A stretch of 5,776 nt of DNA from a virus. The DNA lies in IMG/VR virus record IMGVR_UViG_3300028187_000193, positions 1 through 5,776 of that record. One strand, 5' to 3'. Position numbers and translations under genes: made by a program. This document shows, one piece after another, positions 1 through 4,328 of the stretch. Numbering within the stretch: the stretch's first letter is position 1; every line of letters starts with the position of its first letter. The notes under the pieces are model-generated. The model was not told where the DNA came from, did not search any database, and saw nothing but the letters and a program-made list of their open reading frames with translations.

Positions 1-114
1 CTGCGAGGCGGTGTAGTCACGCCGGTCGAGCAGCCACGAAACGATGCGAGCGCCACCGATGGAGATGGCCGCAATGGCCCCCAGCAGCGCGAAGGATGAG
101 ATAGCGTCGAACAC
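1..114 (-). CDS. Duplicate partial copy (5' part, cut by the window start) of the 76-aa membrane ORF annotated at 5537-5767
   Basis: It lies inside the terminal overlap. The GTG start at 114-112 is preceded on the minus strand by AGGGGA plus 6 nt (plus-strand tcccct at 121-126). Confidence 0.6.
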   Translation of the reverse strand, partial: MFDAISSFALLGAIAAISIGGARIVSWLLDRRDYTASQ

Positions 115-123
115 CCGTGATCC
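1..123. repeat. Terminal direct repeat, copy 1 (identical to 5654-5776); signature of a circular or tandem unit
   Basis: Base-by-base comparison by eye shows that ctgcgaggcggtgtagtcac...cgaacacccgtgatcc occurs at both ends. The match is limited only by the window edges. Confidence 0.95.
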
Positions 124-127
124 CCTG

Positions 128-177
128 CCCCAAGCCCCAAGAGATCCCGCCAGCGGCCTTGGGGTGCCGATGGCGGG
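128..177. promoter_or_regulatory. Structured leader or candidate ssDNA structure: tandem GCCCCAA x2 plus two interleaved 7-bp inverted repeats
   Basis: ccccaag (135-141) is the reverse complement of cttgggg (158-164). cccgcca (146-152) is the reverse complement of tggcggg (171-177). GCCCCAA is tandemly repeated at 127-133 and 134-140. The region lies between the putative minus-strand promoter and the first minus-strand start codon. Confidence 0.35.
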
Positions 178-178
178 T

Positions 179-196
179 GTTGAGTGATCGCTCAAC
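179..196. promoter_or_regulatory. Inverted repeat GTTGAG-TGATCG-CTCAAC, a candidate operator just downstream of the putative -10
   Basis: The 6-bp arms are perfectly complementary around a GATC-containing 6-bp core. It sits in the divergent intergenic region. Confidence 0.45.
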
Positions 197-203
197 GAGG
201 GGC

Positions 204-232
204 ATGTAAACTGATCGGGAAACACGTGTCAA
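204..232 (-). promoter_or_regulatory. Candidate sigma70-type promoter for the minus-strand phage operon
   Basis: On the minus strand there is a perfect -35 TTGACA (plus-strand tgtcaa 227-232), a 17-nt spacer, then TTACAT (plus-strand atgtaa 204-209; 3/6 match to TATAAT). It is the only perfect TTGACA in the intergenic region and it faces the operon. Confidence 0.4.
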
Positions 233-243
233 CTGATCGATCA
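209..243. promoter_or_regulatory. Operator-like repeats: AACTGATCG x2 (209-217, 231-239; 22-bp spacing), palindrome TGATCGATCA (234-243), palindrome ACACGTGT (222-229)
   Basis: Direct reading of the sequence. The repeats overlap and flank the -35 element. TGATCG recurs at 185-190, 212-217 and 234-239, and inverted at 238-243. Confidence 0.45.
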
Positions 244-255
244 ACAGGAGCCGCA

Positions 256-708
256 ATGTCAGCCGTCAACGAACTACTTGACAACGTGAAAAACCGCTTG
301 AATTTAGGCTCCGACATAGCTTTGGCGGAGCGCGTCGGCGTTACCCGATCTTTGATTTCCCGCTGGCGAAAGGGCGATACCCCCTTGTCCGATGAACGGA
401 TTGCGCAAATTTGCGCCATGGCGAAGATTGATGGCGCCACGTGGATGGCAATGATCCACGCCGAGCGAGCGACCTCCACCACCGAGCGCGCACTGTGGCG
501 ACTGATCTTGGACAGGGTGAGCGCGGCGGCGGCAGTGCTGGTGCTGGTAGTGTTCTCAGCCCCGGGCGTCGCTCGCGCAAAATCCTTTGATATTCAGTCG
601 TTTAGCGCGTCCGGCAACGACAGTATGTATATTATGTTCAGAGCGATCCGAGGGTGGCTGGCACGCATCTTGCCTCGATCCTCAGCCCTGCTGTGGCATG
701 GAGCCTGA
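256..708 (+). CDS. XRE/Cro-C1-type helix-turn-helix repressor-like protein (150 aa) with a C-proximal hydrophobic segment
   Basis: ATG at 256 is preceded by AGGAG (246-250) with a 5-nt spacer. The HTH signature is LGSDIALAERVGVTRSLISRWRKGDTPLSDERIAQIC. The hydrophobic stretch is VSAAAAVLVLVVFSAPGVA (about aa 88-106). The gene is divergent from the structural operon, like rstR-type phage repressors. The track start at 184 is a GTG lying inside the operator region and was rejected. Confidence 0.75.
   Translation: MSAVNELLDNVKNRLNLGSDIALAERVGVTRSLISRWRKGDTPLSDERIAQICAMAKIDGATWMAMIHAERATSTTERALWRLILDRVSAAAAVLVLVVFSAPGVARAKSFDIQSFSASGNDSMYIMFRAIRGWLARILPRSSALLWHGA
615..642 (+). other. dif-like 28-mer, candidate XerC/XerD recombination site (attP)
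   Basis: The site reads CAACGACAGTA-TGTATA-TTATGTTCAGA, compared with E. coli dif GGTGCGCATAA-TGTATA-TTATGTTAAAT. The central hexamer is identical, the XerD arm matches 8/11 (the first 7 are contiguous) and the XerC arm is degenerate (3/11). It is a conspicuous AT-rich island in a GC-rich genome. Confidence 0.55.
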
Positions 709-710
709 TT

Positions 711-1034
711 GTGCGTGATCGCAACCTAACCGGCCCTTGGGCCGGTTTTTCGTTTAAGGCTGACCGACTGGTCACACCCGAAGGCCGTGAGCTGGAACCG
801 CAGGATCTGGCTTGGCTCTCTCTGCTGGCAGCACAGGCGCAGGAATGGCGTCGGATGATGGAGATTGCCCGAGGCGGCCAGAAACGGCCGTTCGGGCGTG
901 CCGACATCGTTGACCTGGCCGAGGTCGCCCATCGTCGCGCAAAGCGGTCTTCCGAGGTGATGGCTGGTCCTGACGCCGATCCTGTCTCGGGTGTCCTGTC
1001 GGTACCGGGGCCGAGGCCTCGCCAGCGCGTGTGA
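711..1034 (+). CDS. Hypothetical phage protein, 107 aa, possibly DUF3653-like; translationally coupled to the repressor
   Basis: GTG at 711 is preceded by GGAG (700-703) with a 7-nt spacer and lies 2 nt after the repressor stop (TGA 706-708). The motif LTGPWAGFSFKADRLVTPEGRELEPQDLAWLSLL recalls the DUF3653 phage-protein domain (from memory, unverified). The C-terminus is basic. An alternative GTG start at 654 would overlap the repressor. Confidence 0.6.
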   Translation: MRDRNLTGPWAGFSFKADRLVTPEGRELEPQDLAWLSLLAAQAQEWRRMMEIARGGQKRPFGRADIVDLAEVAHRRAKRSSEVMAGPDADPVSGVLSVPGPRPRQRV

Positions 1035-1043
1035 GGCGCTTCC

Positions 1044-1062
1044 GTAGGGGCGCCGCCCCTAC
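1044..1062. other. GC-rich perfect hairpin (GTAGGGGCG-c-CGCCCCTAC) in the convergent intergenic region; candidate packaging signal, complementary-strand origin or atypical bidirectional terminator
   Basis: The 9-nt arms are perfectly complementary. No T/A tract follows on either strand, so it is not a canonical intrinsic terminator. It is followed by the direct repeat CACCCCTT at 1062-1069 and 1077-1084. Confidence 0.4.
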
Positions 1063-1095
1063 ACCCCTTAGACCTGCACCCCTTGATGCGCCACG

Positions 1096-2304
1096 CTAGT
1101 TCCCGCTGTAGCGATTCTGCACCGACTCAGGGAACGTAGACATAGGCCGCTCACCAACCGCAATCACTGTACCGGCAACACCACTTGGCTGTGTGTTGAT
1201 CGGTTGCACACCGGCAAGCTGGGTGGTGGCGCCAGAATCAATCTGGCGGGGTGCGCGGTAGGGATTGTAGGCGGGTCCGTCGCGTGCAATCGCAAGGCAC
1301 ACCGGCAACCTGACCTTTGCCTTGGTGCCCTGCTCGGTTACGCACGTGCAGGTAGTGTCCTGCTCGGTGGTTCCAGATGCCATGCAATACAACTCGGGTT
1401 GCGACTGCACGGACCTGTCATCGAACACGGGAGCGGACCACGGCTGAAACTCAATCCGCGGCGTGTGACGTTCGATGTACTCCTCACGCGTGAGGGGCCG
1501 TGCCGCCGGCCCGCCCGCGCCCAAGGGCGCCAGGGCTCCCGCCGCCGGCAAAGCACCGGCCCCCTCCTCCACCTTCTTGGGCGTCGGAGAAGGTTTGATG
1601 ATGAACGCATAGATCATCCAGACACCGAGAATCAGCACGATGGTCACGGACAGCGCCTGCCAAACCTTCTTAGGCACCTTGAACTTGTGACTGGCCGTGT
1701 GCAGCGTAGCGCTGCGATAGCGGCTGTACAGCGCCTTCGGGTAGGCCCAGATTTCTTCCTCGGCTTTGTCGCGCACCTTCTCATCGTAAGGATCGCTCTG
1801 CACACGCGACCACGTGAGCACGCCAGCACGCTGCATGCCGAACGAACGATTCATGTGTGTGTGCGAACCGATAAGCGTGCGCACCTGGTGGTGGATCTTG
1901 TTCGGCCATTGCGTGACGAACACAAGATCGAAGCCACGATGCCGGTGCGTAGACATTGCGCGAATGCGCGGGTCATCCGATTCGCCCGGCTTGCCCGTAG
2001 ACGGGAAAAGCCTGCCATATCGCTCAAGACCCTGTGTGTTGCCATCGGAATGCGCTTCGTCGTAGATCACGAAAGAGCCATCCGGCAGCTGCGTCCAGTC
2101 GTTGTGTTCGGGCAGCTTCTCCATCCATGGGAAGGCATCCGCGCCCTCTTCTGCCGTTGCACCCGCGATGTTCGTAAAGAAGCGACGAGGCTGCGCCTTG
2201 CCTTCCTTTACCTGCTGCTGGTTCTGCTCGTAAAACTCAAGCGCCATGGACATTGCGCGCAGGGTCTTGCCATTGCCCGGCTGACCTGAAATCAAATACA
2301 TCAT
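1096..2304 (-). CDS. zot: Zot-like / pI-family phage assembly NTPase (402 aa)
   Basis: The N-terminal Walker A is GQPGNGKT and the Walker B-like motif is FVIYDEAH. A single transmembrane segment is ALSVTIVLILGVWMIYAFII (about aa 217-236). The Cys-containing C-terminal domain includes TCTCVTEQGT. The ATG overlaps the upstream stop (ATGA at 2301-2304). Confidence 0.9.
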   Translation of the reverse strand: MMYLISGQPGNGKTLRAMSMALEFYEQNQQQVKEGKAQPRRFFTNIAGATAEEGADAFPWMEKLPEHNDWTQLPDGSFVIYDEAHSDGNTQGLERYGRLFPSTGKPGESDDPRIRAMSTHRHRGFDLVFVTQWPNKIHHQVRTLIGSHTHMNRSFGMQRAGVLTWSRVQSDPYDEKVRDKAEEEIWAYPKALYSRYRSATLHTASHKFKVPKKVWQALSVTIVLILGVWMIYAFIIKPSPTPKKVEEGAGALPAAGALAPLGAGGPAARPLTREEYIERHTPRIEFQPWSAPVFDDRSVQSQPELYCMASGTTEQDTTCTCVTEQGTKAKVRLPVCLAIARDGPAYNPYRAPRQIDSGATTQLAGVQPINTQPSGVAGTVIAVGERPMSTFPESVQNRYSGN

Positions 2305-2585
2305 TTGGAAGCTACCTTTTGAACGGCGACCTTGCCCGCATCAATGACGACCTTGGTCACGATGGCGGATCCAATCATCGTGATGGCCTCCCCTGCCCCG
2401 GCCATGAGCATCACGTTTGCTAGATCCGCTGAAATGCCCGACCACTTCTGCGTAATGAGGTTTAGTGCGCCCTTGACAAGCGGCAGGAGCGCTGCGCCTG
2501 TGGCAAGACCAAGACCCGCGCCGGTCAGTACACGCGCAAGGGAGTTGCCCAAGAGTTGAGTAAGAAACGCGGCGAGCCAAGGCAT
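2301..2585 (-). CDS. pVI-position small membrane protein (94 aa), DUF2523-like from memory; minor coat or Ace-position homolog
   Basis: The start MPWLAAFL at 2585 overlaps the pIII stop (TAATG at 2583-2587). The protein has multiple hydrophobic Gly/Ala-rich helices and sits immediately upstream of zot, as in CTXphi (ace) and Ff (gVI). The 16-codon N-terminal extension in the track was rejected. Confidence 0.7.
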   Translation of the reverse strand: MPWLAAFLTQLLGNSLARVLTGAGLGLATGAALLPLVKGALNLITQKWSGISADLANVMLMAGAGEAITMIGSAIVTKVVIDAGKVAVQKVASK

Positions 2586-3556
2586 TACTTGCGTACTCCT
2601 GAAACGATGATGGCGGCTGCCACAGCAGCGCAAGCGATGACTAGCCCCCTGATCAGCAGTGCAAAATCACAGAGAGGCTTGAACTCGAAACTGATGGACG
2701 TGGAGATGGAGCCAACTCCTACAGTCATGGTCTTTGCAGCAGGGCAGGAGCCGCCACCAAGGCCGCTGGACCACTGGCCGAGATAGCTACTCGGAATAGG
2801 CGGGTCGGCGTAAGGCATCGGAATGTCGCCCGGATACGTTGGGTTCTCTGGAAGGCTGGGATTCTCTCCATCACCGTCGCCATCACCGTCGCCATCCTCA
2901 CCGCCGTCACTATCCCCGTCGCCATCACCATCACCGTTGCCACCGCCCTCGCCGTCTCCACCACCGCCATCACCGCCACCATCTCCATCACCACCGCCAT
3001 CGCCTCCGCCGTCTCCGTCACCGCCACCCGTCTCCCCGCCGGTGCCACCGCCATCATCACCACCGCCATCGCCAGCAGGCTTAGGCTCAGGCGCATCGGC
3101 GTTGGTACACACCCCTCCCGTAGGCGCATAGCTGACGCCCGCAACGCCCTGGGGATCCAAAGCGCTGGAATACATGCAGCCGTTATAACAGACGTTCACG
3201 GAGCCCGCAGTAGTGCCGCCCTCCCACCCAAATTCTTCCGGCCTCGCACTGCACTTGACGGTGAACATGCGGGTTTTGGAGGCGTAGCGCCCGTTAGAGG
3301 CAGTAGAGGGCCTGATGAAGCCCACGTAGGTGCCGACGCCATCGAGCTCGACAAATGGCGACCACTTTTGGCCGCCAATAGCATTAGAACGGCCAGCCTG
3401 ATCAGTAGCGGCCGCCCATGCTGCGGTATACGCGGTGCCCTGATCCGGACAAGAATCCGACCCAACGTCAGCGCTGTGCGAGCAGGTGCCAACCTGAGCC
3501 GACGTAGGAGCGCTATACAGCGCAGCAAGCATGATCGCGAAGAGTATGCGTAACAT
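2585..3556 (-). CDS. pIII-like minor coat / host adsorption protein (323 aa)
   Basis: The signal peptide MLRILFAIMLAALYSAPTSA is probably cleaved before Q21. The N-terminal domain is Cys-containing. A Gly/Asp-rich linker spans aa 162-230. The C-terminal domain ends in the membrane anchor ALLIRGLVIACAAVAAAIIV plus a basic tail. The gene lies between the coat and pVI-like genes. Confidence 0.8.
   Translation of the reverse strand: MLRILFAIMLAALYSAPTSAQVGTCSHSADVGSDSCPDQGTAYTAAWAAATDQAGRSNAIGGQKWSPFVELDGVGTYVGFIRPSTASNGRYASKTRMFTVKCSARPEEFGWEGGTTAGSVNVCYNGCMYSSALDPQGVAGVSYAPTGGVCTNADAPEPKPAGDGGGDDGGGTGGETGGGDGDGGGDGGGDGDGGGDGGGGDGEGGGNGDGDGDGDSDGGEDGDGDGDGDGENPSLPENPTYPGDIPMPYADPPIPSSYLGQWSSGLGGGSCPAAKTMTVGVGSISTSISFEFKPLCDFALLIRGLVIACAAVAAAIIVSGVRK
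2867..3073. repeat. Low-complexity imperfect tandem repeat (GGN/GAY codons) encoding the G/D-rich pIII linker
   Basis: The plus strand reads as reiterated caccgccatc / caccgtcgccat units. The translation contains GDGGGDGGGDGDGGGDGGGGDGEGGGNGDGDGDGD. Confidence 0.85.
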
Positions 3557-3619
3557 CTAATCACCGAACGCGATGTACAGCGCGGCAGTGCCAGCGCACA
3601 GCACGAAAAGACCCAGCAT
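3557..3619 (-). CDS. Hypothetical hydrophobic micro-ORF (20 aa, MLGLFVLCAGTAALYIAFGD; 25 aa if started at 3634)
   Basis: ATG at 3619 is preceded by GGGGGGA with a 6-nt spacer. The stop TAG (3557-3559) directly abuts the pIII ATG (3556), which suggests translational coupling. The ORF is not in the supplied track and is too short for statistical support. Confidence 0.3.
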   Translation of the reverse strand: MLGLFVLCAGTAALYIAFGD

Positions 3620-3634
3620 CACGAATCCCCCCAT

Positions 3635-3662
3635 AAAAAAAGGGGCCGGATCGCCCGGCCCC
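3635..3662 (-). terminator. Rho-independent terminator or attenuator immediately after the major coat gene
   Basis: The minus strand reads GGGGCCGG-GCGAT-CCGGCCCC followed by TTTTTTT. It begins 12 nt after the coat stop codon. Ff phages have an analogous terminator after gVIII. Confidence 0.8.
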
Positions 3663-3674
3663 GTGCTACAGCGA

Positions 3675-3812
3675 TCAACCGAAGATCGCGCCCTTCAGCC
3701 ACTTGAAGCCGACCGAGATTGCGGCCGGTGCCAGCTTGGCGGCGCCGATAGCGCCCAAGACGGCAGACAGTCCAGCCAGAACGGTCAGTGCAGCAGTTGC
3801 GTCAAGATCCAT
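3675..3812 (-). CDS. Major coat protein candidate (pVIII analog), 45 aa, apparently leaderless (Pf3-like layout)
   Basis: Manual translation gives MDLDATAALTVLAGLSAVLGAIGAAKLAPAAISVGFKWLKGAIFG. The N-terminus is acidic, the core is hydrophobic and the C-terminus is basic/aromatic (FKWLKGAIF, compare Pf3 IRWIKAQFF). The RBS is AAGGGG with a 6-nt spacer. The gene lies between the small coat-like ORF and pIII and is followed by a strong terminator. Confidence 0.7.
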   Translation of the reverse strand: MDLDATAALTVLAGLSAVLGAIGAAKLAPAAISVGFKWLKGAIFG

Positions 3813-3827
3813 GGTGTTCCCCTTTCG

Positions 3828-4019
3828 TTAGTTGCGGATAGTTCTGCCTATCTGTTTGTAAGCCCATGCCACGGCGAAGCACACCGCAACCATGGACAGA
3901 ATCCCCGTAACCTCGGCAGTAGAAAGGCTGGGAATTTCGGTGCGCGGCACGAATCCGGCTTGCGCGCACTCACCGGTCTGCTGGTTGAACTGCAAGCATT
4001 CGTAGACGTACCGCGCCAT
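3828..4019 (-). CDS. Small membrane protein (63 aa), candidate minor coat protein (pVII/pIX position)
   Basis: The ATG lies 3 nt after the ssDNA-binding gene stop. The C-terminal transmembrane segment is VTGILSMVAVCFAVAWAY and is followed by the basic tail KQIGRTIRN. The N-terminal part has two Cys residues. Confidence 0.55.
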   Translation of the reverse strand: MARYVYECLQFNQQTGECAQAGFVPRTEIPSLSTAEVTGILSMVAVCFAVAWAYKQIGRTIRN

Positions 4020-4022
4020 GAC

Positions 4023-4325
4023 TCAGGCCTGCGCTGCGGCGCGCGGTGCAGCCTTGGGCAGCATGCGCAGGATGGTGAACTTGCTCAGCGAGGCAACGCC
4101 CTTGTTGACCTGCAACATGGATTCGATATCGAGCTCGTACTCGCCTTCGGGGTAACCCGGCTGACCCTTGTCCAGGCGCACGTCAAACGGATAGGCGAAA
4201 CCACCGGTTTCGAGCTTGGCCTTCTGCTTGCGCGTGGTGTACTCGACGTTGTCGCCAGCATCGTTCTTGAAGCTGCCGCCGCGTTCGTCGATTTCGTTCT
4301 TCAGGACGGTGACCTTGACGCTCAT
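4023..4325 (-). CDS. gV-like single-stranded DNA-binding protein (100 aa)
   Basis: The gene sits directly after Rep (3-nt gap) with RBS GAGGGG. Its size and residue pattern (VKV...ERGGSFKNDAGD...YPF...GEYEL...VNKG) resemble the Pf3/Xanthomonas-type inovirus ssDNA-binding OB-fold proteins. This is from memory and has not been searched. Confidence 0.65.
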   Translation of the reverse strand: MSVKVTVLKNEIDERGGSFKNDAGDNVEYTTRKQKAKLETGGFAYPFDVRLDKGQPGYPEGEYELDIESMLQVNKGVASLSKFTILRMLPKAAPRAAAQA

Positions 4326-4328
4326 GTG

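Noticed and set aside
184-255. 24-codon upstream extension of the repressor (GTG at 184)
   Set aside because: It would place coding sequence across the operator and promoter repeats. The ATG at 256 has an AGGAG RBS at ideal spacing.
17-256. 79-aa minus-strand ORF spanning the control region
   Set aside because: It runs through the intergenic operators and promoter in a different frame from orf76. It has no RBS and an Arg/His/Gly-rich junk-like sequence.
278-306. TTGACA at 278-283 inside the repressor gene as a possible internal promoter
   Set aside because: The hexamer 17 nt downstream (AATTTA) is a poor -10 (2/6 match), and no obvious downstream start needs it.
1204-2289. 361-aa plus-strand ORF antisense to zot
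   Set aside because: It mirrors the Zot gene, which has unmistakable Walker A and B motifs. The translation is Arg-rich and low in information, with no RBS context.
2586-2633. 16-codon N-terminal extension of the pVI-like ORF (track start at 2633)
   Set aside because: The internal ATG at 2585 forms a TAATG stop/start overlap with pIII, and the protein then begins with a hydrophobic helix. The extension (MRCCGSRHHRFRSTQV) lies inside the pIII coding sequence.
2867-3073. Possible CRISPR-like or minisatellite array
   Set aside because: The repeats are short (3-12 nt), degenerate, have no spacers and are in frame within pIII. They form a coding low-complexity linker, not a CRISPR array.
2823-3131. 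Ser/Pro-rich (SPSPSP) 102-aa and His/Arg-rich 81-aa plus-strand ORFs, plus a 139-aa minus-strand alternate frame
   Set aside because: These are alternative-frame read-outs of the GGN/GAY repeat that encodes the pIII linker. The pIII frame is the one with a signal peptide, folded domains and a membrane anchor.
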